NCBI GenBank assembly: GCA_003344405.1
Contig: NOWV01000018.1
Coordinates: 682,001-746,000 of the forward strand
Length of the DNA: 64,000 bases
Source: Trichoplax sp. H2
Lineage: Eukaryota
Direction of reading: 5' to 3'
Shown piece by piece: positions 15,001 to 27,303 of the stretch. The position numbers and the translations under genes are program-made. The notes under the pieces were generated by a model that was given only the letters and a program-made list of their open reading frames with translations, did not search any database and was not told the origin of the DNA. Position 1 is the first letter of the stretch. Every line of letters starts with the position of its first letter.

Positions 15001-18000
15001 AGGGAAAAAATGAAGTTTATCAAAGTGATAATGTCTTGTTAGCCATTCTTGCTAGCACAATATGGTTGTAACACAGTATTGGTACTAGCTAATTTAGTTA
15101 TTGAAGTTAATAAATTGTGGCAAGTTTGTTCAATGTCAATGGTAAATATCTCTATTTCAAAAATGAGCAATTCATTATTGCTTCTATTAGCTTCTAATCT
15201 TATGTGAGATCCACTCGCTACACTGTATAATCATATTAATGTTTAAGAGTACTCTTCTTATTTCTTGTATTTTTGATCGACAGGCCTTTAAGCTGTAGTA
15301 CAATTCGCTTAATGAACCCTCAAATTTTTATCTAAAACGACATTGCAAACCCATAGCCTATACTCTTATATAGCACTGATTTTTCCATTTCTGGTATTTC
15401 TTGATAGTAAAAGCATTTCAACTCGAATCAAATTGACTCTATAGTTACTTTCTCTTCAATTTTTGAATTTTTTTCTTTAAACTTTGATAGACAATACGGT
15501 AGTCAATCTTCATTTTACAGTACTTTATTTACTCTATATAACCTACTGTACACTTTCATACAGCACTGTTCTTCTTCTTTCTAGTATTTATTGATTCTAA
15601 AGTCTTTAAATTCTAGTAAAATTCACTGAATAGCCAATCTCTCTTCAATTCTTGAACTTTTTTACCTTAAGACTTGTGTAAAACTCATTACACAGTAAGT
15701 CTCCATTTGCTAACGCAAGGCCTGTCCTCGATTCCTACAGCACTACTATAAACTTTCAATTTCTCGTATTTCGCATTCTAAAAGTCTTTAAGCTCTAGTA
15801 AAATTTATAAAACGATAAATGTCTCTCTAAATTTCTAGAATTTTCATCCTGAAGCTTCTACAAAAGTCACTACACACAGTAGTCGATCTTTTACTTTATC
15901 TCCTCTATTCCCATAGTACCATTATTGCACTTCTTACATTTTTAATTCTGTCTTGAAACTCAATAGAATTCACTCAATAATTAATCGATCTTTGTCCATT
16001 CCTTGGAATTTTTAACGACTAAACAACCGTAAAAGTCTTTCGGTAGTTTATCTCCACTTTTATCCTCTCTCTTGGTTATAAATTATGTCTGTATTTTTTT
16101 CATTATCGGTATTACTTGCAGTTGTAAATCAGTTGGATTATTCCCACCCCCGACTTGGGAGACTGCCTGTAGTAGTCAGCATGGACAACATTTAATTACA
16201 GTACGTCATAAATTGATGTGTCTAGCCTCCGCTTCTAATATTTTTTAAAAGAGATTGTAATAACTTCATTCAAAATTTAAGTAGAGCAATAACTTGAATA
16301 AATCATGTATTAAAAAAAGAATCTGACTAGTAATCATTTCATCATTAATTTACCAGGTATCGGTAATCAGTTCAATTGCAATCACCATCTTGTTAGAGTT
16401 GTAATTATCGTAACCATGTCTACACTTTTCTACAACTATCAAAAGATTGTAATGTATAATCATGCTCCATTTTTAGAGATCAACAACAGGCATTTTATAG
16501 CGTTGTAACATCAGAGGAGACTATAGTCCTCAATAGTGAAGAATGATTTTAATCATGATAATTAGACTTGTAATTTGTTATGACGCTATTTGCTTTATCA
16601 ATAACGCCTAGTATTATTTTTTGTCTTGCAAAACTAAGTGAATTAGGACTAAACTAGTCTACTTGACGATAACAACTCTGCTTTAACTTCCGTTGTAGTT
16701 CAAGCAAGAATTGGATGACTGAATTTTTTAAAAAATTGCCAACATGAACGTGTTACAAAATGATCAATCATTCTCTTCCATTACTTTTCAATAGGACAGC
16801 CAGTTAAAAATGTCATCCCCAACACAGTGGAATATTAAGAAAATGTTTATGCTATCCATTCCCAATATTATTCTTGAGTGCATCAACTCGGTTGGAATCT
16901 ATCATGATGATTGCATAACGTATAATATATCCTTATGATAATTACATTACATTAATAATATTCAACTGGGCAAAACATATGATCGATGATATTATAGAAT
17001 TAAATAAGCAAATTGAATTCTCTATCCATTCTTTCGAAAATGAAATATCATTAATAAAACAAAATGAAGCAGAATGGTCAAACTTGATTTCATGTTTTTT
17101 AACCGGAAAGATTTCACCCAAAACTCCAATGAAATACTGGATAATATGCATGAAGAATAGAAATATGCATCATTAGGCCATGATCGATTTTCTATCCATG
17201 CAATAAAATACGATGAAATAGACGTGTAGCCGATATAGGAGTAAAAAGTAGAAAAACTGCACTTGGATAGAGTGGCTAACTCTAGCCATAGACTACTCGT
17301 AGGCTAGGATTGCATTCTATCCTTTTCATACACTGTACATTGATTGGCAAAATTTGAAGTTCAAATCTACTAAAGGAGATGTGAATAATTTAGCCATATT
17401 ATGAATTCAATCATTGACAGTTGTCATCGTTATTCGAAATAACTTGATCGTTGAGTATTTACCAAGTTAATGTTTTCACTTTAACTTTTCAATCATGGCT
17501 CGAGCAATAGAAGTAATACAATCTAGGTTCAATCTAATTTATCCACTTTACTGTATTTGGTTAGCTGTGCAAAAGATAGAGTAGCATTACCATACAGTCC
17601 AACTGGATTCTGTTTCGACTCAATATGACAATATTAACTTGTGATAATGTCCCTATCAATTAGCGTTTACAATGTTCAACGGACCGCTACAATCATTGAA
17701 ATCTTTGATAAGCAAGAACTGACATGGAATGAAGATAACAAAATAATCATATAATTCGCCATTTTACAGAGAAAGAAAAATGATATAATCGGTTCAAATT
17801 CATACCTGCTTCTCGTTATCCTTATTCCTCGGTACACATAACACGGGTTCGCAACAGCTGTTTTCCAGTAAGATAATTCCAGAGGCTTTATTGGAATTTT
17901 CACTTTCATAGCTGAATAATATATTTTGATATAAAACATACCAACGAGTTTGCCATTTACTTTTACCTGTTACTTGATCCGTAGTCACCTTTCGATGTAA

Positions 18001-18090
18001 TCTACCACTCGTTGTTGATTGAGTTCTAGCATTAGCTGACAACCAATTTAATTGGGCTTCGTTAACGCGCAATGATGGCGGGAATAGCAT
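1..18090 (-). CDS. RASGRF: Ras guanine nucleotide-releasing factor (RasGRF-like: PH-CC-IQ-DH-PH-REM), 3' part beyond window start
   Basis: Spliced GT-AG exons: 18090-17806, 5360-5254, 5067-4920, 4856-4785, 4368-4115, 3536-3457, 3314-3238, 3151-3035, 2948-2838, 2660-2543, 1840-1662, 1261-1204, 1044-923, 806-742, 639-564, 76-1. Translation gives PH ([18 protein letters not shown]), IQ motif ([15 protein letters not shown]), DH ([45 protein letters not shown]), second PH ([11 protein letters not shown]) and REM start ([33 protein letters not shown]), all matching remembered RasGRF1/2 motifs. Confidence 0.95.
3600..4080. repeat. Degenerate ~100 bp tandem array (~5 copies) in RasGRF intron 5
   Basis: Recurring AAACTTGAAT..(T)AG(C)A(G)AAATTTAGT near 3625, 3718, 3819, 3930, 4031. 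Confidence 0.7.
4366..4784. repeat. Degenerate ~120 bp tandem array (~3 copies) filling RasGRF intron 4
   Basis: Recurring GATACA..TTATAAAA..GTTTCATTTTATGAAA, plus AATCTAATA(A)G near 4366, 4617 and 4769. Confidence 0.7.
7137..7890. repeat. Tandem array (~125 bp unit, 5 recognisable copies) with an inverted-repeat core
   Basis: ATCAAGnGC(T/G)TGAAGGAAnnnnTTCCTTCATCTTGATTAT near 7138, 7264, 7553, 7676, 7809. Confidence 0.85.
10740..11540. repeat. Degenerate ~235 bp tandem array (3-4 copies)
   Basis: AGAAAATTCTAGCAGAGCTGAATTCTTAATCTACTGTATC..GCTCGTATTCAAT variants near 10781, 11014, 11230 and a decayed copy near 11481. Confidence 0.85.
11650..12240. repeat. Degenerate ~285 bp tandem duplication
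   Basis: ATTCTCCTC(C/A)AGGAT..TTCC(T/C)ACTTCA(C/T)TGAAC..GATGATAAAGTG..ACTG(T/C)ATCCAAAT near 11724 and 12008. Confidence 0.8.
13890..14580. repeat. Degenerate ~120 bp tandem array (5-6 copies)
   Basis: TTAAAGACTAAATGACGATTG(T/C)GAAA..AGATTAAACAGACCATTTT..ATGCATGTCTAAC variants near 13911, 14036, 14256, 14371, 14494. Confidence 0.85.
15350..16090. repeat. Degenerate ~185 bp tandem array (~4 copies)
   Basis: A(T/C)AGCACT..GTATTT..AAAGTCTTTAA..TAGTAAAATT..TCTCTTCAATT..GAATTTT variants near 15370, 15560, 15738, 15913. Confidence 0.8.
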
Positions 18091-21000
18091 ATTGACTTCT
18101 TTCTACTCGATGCGTTATCGGCACACTAAACCACGATAGAAATTGACTGGATGTTGTCTTCCTTCACAAAAGCTTGAAAACACAGATGTGTGTACAAGAT
18201 TGCACATATGTAGACGAAATTGCAACGATGAATTAATAATCACAATAGTCCGACAAAAAAATTTCGACGGCGTGGATGAAAAGGGGAGAAAAAAAATATT
18301 TGCAGGTTAATCTCTCTTTCTCTTTCTCTCTGTTGGAATAATTCTGTGGTATGACAAAATTGAAATAAAGCTAAATGGACTAGCCTAAAGGCGAAAAAAT
18401 AGAGATAGGTTGGATTATAAACGTGCAAGACAATAACTCTTTGAGTTAGTAGATACTTAAAAGTGAAATACCACTGTTGTGGATATCTATTACTGCGATG
18501 TACAGTAGACTATAGAGTAATCCAAGCTAACGGGTCAAAAAAATGGAATAAGGAAATACACTACAGCTTTGTCAATACAACGCATGAACAATATCAGCTA
18601 CTGTAGTTGTATAAAAAGCAGTTTGAATTCTAATAATAAATAGGTAAAGTATTAAGAATGTAGAATAATAGCTACAGTTTACTTTACCACCTGATTTTTA
18701 CCAAATTGTTTTCTCTGCAAGTTAATTCTATTAATTATTATTATAATTATAGAAAATTGTAGATACTGTGCCTTTACAGTATGGAAGTTCTCAAAAAAAA
18801 AAAATGGCCATTTCAACGATGAAAATGCAATTGATCGGATTTTTAACCATCTTGATTGAACTAACGGTATTGTATGTTTACGCTGAATAGGATCGATGAA
18901 AACTGCCGGTAGTACAGTGTTGAAAATTGGAAATTTGGTTAGCATATTGTCATCATTTGTATTTTTATTTTCCATAGCTAAATGGCTACAATACCGTTCT
19001 ACTCCTATCATTCATCGATTCATAACGGGTATAATACGATGGTAAGGAGAGACCACCGAGGTAAGAAGAAAACGAAGAGGGGGGGGGGGAAATAAACTAC
19101 ACAATCTTTATCCTTTCTTTTCTACTAGTATAGAATGTAGACATCGATGGAATGCTTACATCATTCCTAATTTGAACTACTCAATCATTTAACGTAGTAG
19201 ATCGTTGATTTAATCAGTAGGCTATAAAATATCAACAAAAATATCCATACCCTAAATTGGACGCGCTAAATTTTACCGGCTGTCCAATCCGTAATATCTT
19301 GAAATAGTTTTACAGCTTGTTTGCCTACTTGGATAGCCTTGGAAAGTGTTACTTGCTTGCCCTTGTTTTCTCTCTCTCTCTTCACTTTGAAAAGTTGGAA
19401 ACTGATAGTGTTTTATATTAAACAGATTAGAAAATATGTAAATGAAAATAATAGCAAAATAGAAGGGGATACCTATTGTTGTCAAGAGGACAAAAGGCCA
19501 TGATGGCGTAATCTGTTCTTGGTCAAGAAGCTTTCACTGATTTTACTCTTTATAGATAGAGTCTAGTATAGCTTAAAGAGTAGTGATTGATAACCGAGTT
19601 GTTAAATTCAATTGATTCTAGCCATGATAGCTGGAATGGAGAGAAAAGATCTCTTTGTGTTTAATTATAATTAGTACTTTTGCCTTAGGCTGGTTAGCGA
19701 AAGCGTAGTTACAAATTTGATTATGCCAAATGAGTCAATTCAAGTCATTCTTGTAGACGTATATATTACAATCTACTCAATTTAGTATGGTGTTAGCTCA
19801 CCATGATACCTTTTTCATCAAATCGATCATGGGTTTCTATACAAATTTTTAACTTAGTCAGGGAGATTATGCCACAATCACGGCTAAACACCATCCTACT
19901 CTACCAATGCGTACACGGTACTTTACAATGGATATAGACTATATAAGATATAGTATACGATGATGGCACTACTCAGTAAACTATATTTACTGTTATATAA
20001 TTTTAATTGAGCTACCTGCATACAAGTAACATTTTTCGCTCAGAAGATTTCCCTCTCCCTCCCCCCCCCCAAATAAAAAGAAGAAAAATTCTTATACGTA
20101 AATATCCAACTCTGGGTCGCATACAGTCTTAAAGCTATTAATGTGATGGATTGGAACCCCAATTTACTTTATAGAGAGTATATTATTAAGGGTATAAAAC
20201 CCTGTTGGCAATCGTAATATTTTATTTTGCAGCTACAGCCTCCGTATCTATTAGGAAACGATGTACAACATGTATTCCCAAATGAGGTTTGGCTCTAAAC
20301 TGAACGTAGTCCTAGTTTCACCATTGGTGAAAAAAAATATCCATTTTTATCCAAGCTGAAATCTAACATGCAGCACCTTTTATGAATTCTATCCAACTTG
20401 ATAGGCAACGATAGGCTTTTTATAGTAGTATATTATTTATTCATTTCTAATGATAAAGCTCTCATAGCGAACTAGAAGGCTTATATTGGCATATTAAAGA
20501 CGATGGTACGATAGTTTGTCTATTAATAAAGCTCTTTATATACTGTAGACATAGGAATTCAATACAGATAAATTGCAGCAGTAGTATCTTTACAAGCGAA
20601 ATCGCGATCCACGTAGCAAAGCCCAAATAGTTGGAGATGTAATACGCTTATGTTATGATGACGGTGCAATAAATGATCTTTTATTTTCCACTGCTAAGGA
20701 AAGAATGCTCTATCTTACTGGTAATAATTATAAAATAAGCATCTATAAAGTCAAATTTGAGTACAATGCTAACGTTGATTCGCCGTAGCTCGATGATATT
20801 TGACATGCTATAAACTATCGGAAGAAGATAGACGAAGTATTACATTACAATGTACAATAAATCATAGATGAGAAGGATTGTCCGCTAGCTGAATATATAT
20901 GATGCACTTTAAGTAGTTTTATACGAGAAGATAAATCCTATCCTGCACAATTTATATACAGTGTCTGCAGCAGGACATTTTATCTATTCTATCAATTTCA

Positions 21001-24000
21001 GTACTAGAGGAAAACTCTTATTAAACTTGCCAGTATAGCATATTAGAAAGATTACTTTTCAAACCCTGTGGCTGCACAAAACTACATCCATAGAGTAATT
21101 ATAAATCATAGAATCAATTATTCTAAATCTAAATACCCAAGTTGACTGTGATTATAACATAATTACCATTACTGACTAATAACTATTACTGCAGTAACAA
21201 TCACCATCATATGCTTCGATAATTAACATTAACAGGTACAATGACTCTTTCTTTACTGCTTTTAAATATTTAACATCTACTGCAACAATATTAAATTCAC
21301 CGATTGAATCAAGAAGAGTCATAACATTAGTGATGGAAGGATTAAAATCATTTCATTTGTTTATGGCAAAAATAGGCTGACATCACCACCTTCCTTGAGG
21401 TGGAAGAAAGAATAAGTTTCTGGACTCTAATCTGTGAATCACTAATATCATTCCATCTATGAAATTTCATCAAAATTGATACTAAAGAGGAGAATGTATA
21501 CGCTTGATGAAGATAGTTATATTTTACAATTTGTATGACAGAATCTTTGCATTTCACATAATGACATTCATCTTTACAACGCCCTTTAAGCATTCGAGAC
21601 ATCCAAATTTCCAACAGATAGAATACTAGAATAGTAATCTTTTATTAATTAGGGTTACAAAGTACTTGGAGTATAATTGTATATTCTATCGTCATCATTG
21701 CGTTTATGATAGAAAGCATAATAGAGATTAATTCATTTACCCCATCTGACTTATACATTAGTAGAAATGAAAGAACTAACTCAATGGCAGAAATCTTTAC
21801 CCTATAGAAAGGTATTGTATACAAGTTTATTTTCGGTTTATGCTATTGCAATCTCAATGCTATTAAAGAATATCATGTCCATCTATTTATTCGGCTATGG
21901 CAAGAATCTAAATTGAATTATCAATGACAATAATACAGTACGCGCGATACTAAAAGTTTTTCTTCCATATTCCCTTTTGCTGGCGACTATCTATATTATG
22001 ATATACTAAAGTTCTCAATTCTCCTTAACCTTATATTCGGCATTGGATATCTGTGGACTCGTTAACTTATTCAGTATCCGATTGATGATCAACAAATCTG
22101 TTAATTATAATGAGTACAATTCTTATTTTACATACACAACAATACAAATAATAAATAATCACGTTGAAAAAGTTAAATTCTTTCTGCCTATTTTGTCGTC
22201 TGTCTACGCAAAGGTGTCATTTTGGCCTTTATTCTTTCACTTGTCTATATAGAACTGATCCTTTCTATCAGAATAGATCAGTTTTTCTTTCAAGTATTAC
22301 AGATAATGAAGCAAATGTACGAAGTATCATCATTGTTGAGTTAAGCTAATGAAATGGGCATTTTTTTCCTTGATCATCTTTTTTCTCTACAAATACGATC
22401 ACCTAAGATAAAGTTACAAGTTCTTGAAGATATAATAGGTAGAGAAATGAGATGATCGTAGATCATAAAGCAAATGCAATGCAACAAACATAATTAGACT
22501 TATTGGATCCCTGTTTTTTCTTTAGGGCATATTAAATATATCGTTATTAGAAGTACGAGAAGAGAAGGAGAATTGAATACAGAATAATATAGTATTTTAG
22601 ATAATGAAAGCGTTACGAAATTATCGTAAGCTAGTAGTGCAGCAATTATAGTAGTAGTGTTTAAATATTGATTAGTCCATTTTCTCTTCTACTTTACAAT
22701 TGCCATTATTGCGATACAATACTTGCAATAATTGGAAAGATAAAAAATGAAAAGCTCACGTAAAAGGTTGCTGTTTCTGGCATCTATCTCTGAGATCTCC
22801 AGAATTTACATAGTGGCAAGAAAATTGAGGGTAACTACAAATTATTTTTACCAAGAATCAGAATAATAGCAAATTTATACGGTATGGGCATAATATATGA
22901 TACTTGATAAAAATCGGATAAAGGTCAAATTACTAGCATACCCGCATATACGCGTATGTAGTGTACATGCACTTTAGATTACTTAAATAAAATCATCGTC
23001 CATCATCAACTCGGTACACTGTCCTCGCTAAGCATAGAACACTGTATAGACTATAACTATCTTGACCTTCTTATATCGAGAACAACTGAGAATGTCCACC
23101 CATGCATGCATATGCATAGTTGAAACAGATGAGAAATAAAAAATAACAAAGCATCAATAGCTTAATAATTACAATTAATTATATCCAACTGTTCAAATCT
23201 ATCCTACGATGGTCGACAATTTAATTTTTAGAATCAATAATAATAATTTGATTGATAACGTCACCAGCCACCTGGTTGTGATGAATTGAGTTTTGTCTTG
23301 TACTTTATTATAATAATTTCAAAATCAGAACAATTTAGAAATTATAAACGATACATTCTAGTATAATGTATCACTGTAATTGTTCAAAAAATGATGACTG
23401 GAATGATATTAGTATCCCAGCCATCTATAGATCTCGAAATTTTTTATGGACTTTAAAAACGATCTTATTATTTTGCTAATGTATATAAAATTAGCAATAT
23501 ATTAATATCATCAGATTTAAAATATTGTGCAGTTGTGTGGTTTATTTCAGTCCTTGCTAAGAATTTGCGCTTAGAACAGGGAGCATTTTGAGTAGCGAAA
23601 TTGCAGTATATGAATTAGTCTAACTCTAATGATATAATATATAGAGATTTGTTTTAATACGTATGATTAGTTTATATTCTACTGATGTGTTAGTAGTAGC
23701 AGGTTTTGCATCCTGATAGTCTCGTATACCATTTGTTTTACATTGCTGTTGTTGATTTTATCATACCACGTATATACTGAAAGCTATTGTTTATATCAAA
23801 TAAGAAAATAGTATGCGTTTAGAATATGATACTGATAACTAGATAGGATCAAATAGAAATTGAAATGTAGATGTTGCAACTTTGGCTTATAGGAGATGTA
23901 ATGCGTTAATTACACCTAAGAAGTCAATCTACTATACGATGACAGGGCATGAGAGCAGTCGTTAATGGATGCTATCTATAATTGGATGGCAAAGATTAGG

Positions 24001-26483
24001 TAGCCAATAGCAAATAAATAAATGTAATTTGATAATATTACAAAGTTGATGCAATTAATCTACTATACTGTATTCAAATATTAAAGTATTGTAATGAATC
24101 GAAGATACATTTTATTATTTTAAAAACGATTGTAAAGAATCTGTAAAGTTAGAAATTTTAATTTAATAGCAGAAAGAAATATCAAGTTATATATAATATT
24201 ATAATGAATAAACGGGTAAAACATTCTTGCAAAATACCAACATTAATTACAATATAATCTAAGTTTCCTCTTCGTTTCCAACTAAACGTTTTTGTTTTGG
24301 CATCAATATTAGATTAACACTATTGTTAGAGCCAATATACAATCTTAACGTATAAAGCAAAATACAAGGGTTAGTATGCGGGTAAGGAGATTTCGCGAAT
24401 TCATCTTGTCGGAGGCTCAAATCAACGTTTAATATTTAATACATATACTTTTAGTATGAGTCTAGAATGAGTAACCCTTAATCAATATTGCTGATACTTA
24501 TGAAGGACTGATTGCAATAAGAGTATTTAATTATACTACTGAATAGTGAGAATTAATGAAATATGATAAAATATAATGTTACTCTTTCAGACATATAGAT
24601 TTTATCTTTTAAATTTTTTATCACTTTACGATACAGCAATTTAATTTTACTTTACATAATTATGACAACATATATTATCAAAGATTAGTCATTATCTTCT
24701 ACAAAATTATAAACTAAAAGTGAATCTGCCCTATAAATTTACCGTCATAATTTAAAACAACATTAAAGTTGTAAGCATGTATATCACTTATGATTAACTT
24801 ATTATCATCATTTAAGATATGATGTAGGGGAAAATGTCTCCATTGCTGAATTATTACTAAATTTACATTATTACTCATTCTAAGAGAAATTATTCTTCAG
24901 GTAAACAAAAGCCATAGTCGCCATTATTTTACTTTATTCCGTGAACTCTTTAAGGCGAAAGCCAGTAGCATTTTGATAAATGATCATTCCTGGAATATAG
25001 CTACAACTTCTTGTAATTATTGCATTAATTATAATTAATAACTTAATCAGCGATATACAGTATTAAGTTAAGTAGTATTGTATGACACGTTGCTTTATGT
25101 TAAGGATCACTGATAAAAGTGAAGGCCTTAACATGATGTAATTAGTCCTTGACTAGATACTTTTTGGAATATTAATTATAGATATAATTTAGAGCATGAT
25201 ATATTAAATTTTGCAAAATTAAAATTAAAATTTCGTATTGTCTCCTTTATGTAGTTCTCAGTGTTTCACTTAGTCAAGTAAGCAAGCTGTTGTAACATGT
25301 AGCATTTGTAAATCAATCCATTTACTGAAAAATAGGGTCTTAAGCTGTCATAGTTGCATAACAGTAAAATGAATGTCAATAGACTTATTCCTATCATTTT
25401 ATGGAGGTTTTGGAGGCTAATCATTGTGATTTAGTTGTTTACTATACGTACGTTCGAGCAATATTATAGGTTTTTATTTGTTCTATTTAACTTTTATTGA
25501 GAGGGGTGGTGGGAAAGGAAAGTTTTTAAAGCACAAATAAACGAAAGCAATTTGGTTTATTAATTAAACCTTCATATAAATACCTATCATAATATAGTGT
25601 CCTGTTATTATTTTAATTACTGTCTATATACGAGTACAACACAGTATACCATACATCATTGGAATGCTTTACGTAATACAGTGCTGTAAAACAAGTTTTA
25701 GAATGTAATGGAAAAGCGCTATAAGAAGTTATTGAGAGAATTCTTTGAGCAATGACTGCATAATGATCATTTTGGATTGGCTGGCAATTTTAGTACATCA
25801 GTCCAGCTTGTATTGGCATATTTTTGAATGTTCACTATTATAGCACATTACTGTTATATTAATTATTAGAACATCATTTCACATATATCAATCATCTCAC
25901 TAGACTAGCCTATGATAAACGAAGATGATTGTATTCCTAACAATTAGTCATTTATTGCAGCTTAAATCCAATCTACTGCTGTCAGAACTATTTACAACGC
26001 TGTTACAGCATGCTGTATTCCGGGCCTAATACAATTCTAATTGGAAGCCAGTTGTGTGGTATTCTCGGTTAGTATCTTATTAGTTAAATGCTTAATTGAT
26101 CATGTAAAATTTTGCATTTAATATATTGGCCATCTAGTATATCGTATAACATAACGAGGCAAGTCCAGATTAATAAATATAATAACAATAACGTTATATT
26201 ATAATTATGCACGTTATTATCAGTAAAATATATCGTGCATGTTGTTAACGGGAATCACTGCTCCTAAAGTCTAATACGCAACGTATGAGATGATGATATT
26301 CCGTTTGCTATTGTCGGCTAATCACAGACATACTGTACTCGTATACGTGTGCAATGTATACCGAAAAAAAGGATCATATAGTGACTAATATCCATTTTAT
26401 TTATTTATCCTGCCACTCAGTAATAATGATTGCATGCATGCTATATAATACTGTAGTCCAGAGGAGATGAAGCAAAAAGATAG

Positions 26484-26500
26484 AAAAAAAAATTAAAAAA
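26484..26500 (-). terminator. Pol III oligo-T terminator of tRNA-Ala
   Basis: Minus strand TTTTTT-AA-TTTTTTTTT lies 2 nt after the discriminator base. Confidence 0.85.
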
Positions 26501-26502
26501 TT

Positions 26503-26575
26503 TGGAGAATCCGGGTATCGATCCCGGTACCTCTCGCATGCTAAGCGAGCGCTCTACCATGTGAGCTAATTCCCC
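26503..26575 (-). tRNA. tRNA-Ala-AGC: tRNA-Ala (anticodon AGC)
   Basis: Minus strand reads GGGGAATTAGCTCACATGGTAGAGCGCTCGCTTAGCATGCGAGAGGTACCGGGATCGATACCCGGATTCTCCA. It forms a 73 nt cloverleaf with the G3:U70 alanine identity pair, anticodon stem CTCGC/GCGAG around TT-AGC-AT, and A/B boxes. Confidence 0.98.
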
Positions 26576-26649
26576 TTCCTGATAATACTGTAAAAAATTT
26601 TGTATATAATTAGTATGAAATAAGTGCACCTATTGACACAAGCTTTGTT

Positions 26650-26752
26650 ACCGAGTACAGTACTGGCAGTCAGTTATACAGTACAGTACTGTAGCTGTAC
26701 TGTACTGTACTGTACAGTGTACTGTAATAGTCCATGGTACAGTACCGTATCG
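26650..26752. repeat. TA(CAG/CTG)TA concatemer between tRNA-Ala and IDH (putative transposon-excision footprint cluster)
   Basis: ATACAGTACAGTACTGTAGCTGTACTGTACTGTACTGTACAGTGTACTGTA..GGTACAGTACCGTA. The repeat is seen directly; the footprint origin is inferred. Confidence 0.7.
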
Positions 26753-27303
26753 TAACGGCCGTCCGGCCGGCTTGGCGAATCTCGAGCAAAAATGATGTCA
26801 TTATACTACAGAGAGGAGAGATATCTACACTTACAGCAATTGCTTATTAGGTGACATTATTTTTGGAACTAGCCTTCAACATGATCGTGTTCGACTAGTC
26901 CTTTGTGTTCATATTATTTTGCCACTACCGGCGACGGCTAGCTGATGTAAGCAAACTCAAGCAGGTTGGCAACATGGCGATGATGATTCTTGTTTGTTTA
27001 TTTATTTTCTTGCGCGTTTTACTTATTATTAGTTAGTCTAATTAGTGTGCATGGAATGTAGGTTAACGTGATTTGGAAGTGATGATCAAATTAGTGCCTA
27101 ATTTAAAATAATGAGAGCGGAATCATAATGAAAAAATGATGTCTAGGATAGCATGAAGCAGTAGTAAATTTTAGTACATAGGTGGCTCATCATCCGTAGA
27201 TGACGGTTATTCTTTCTATTGCAATAGGAGAGAAAAGACAAGCCATCAATATTTGCAAGCGTAAGAGGAACAATTCTTATACATTTAACCGACTTGAAAC
27301 CAA

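Noticed and set aside
26441-26629. 62 aa ORF
   Set aside because: It is an artefact of reading through the tRNA-Ala gene.
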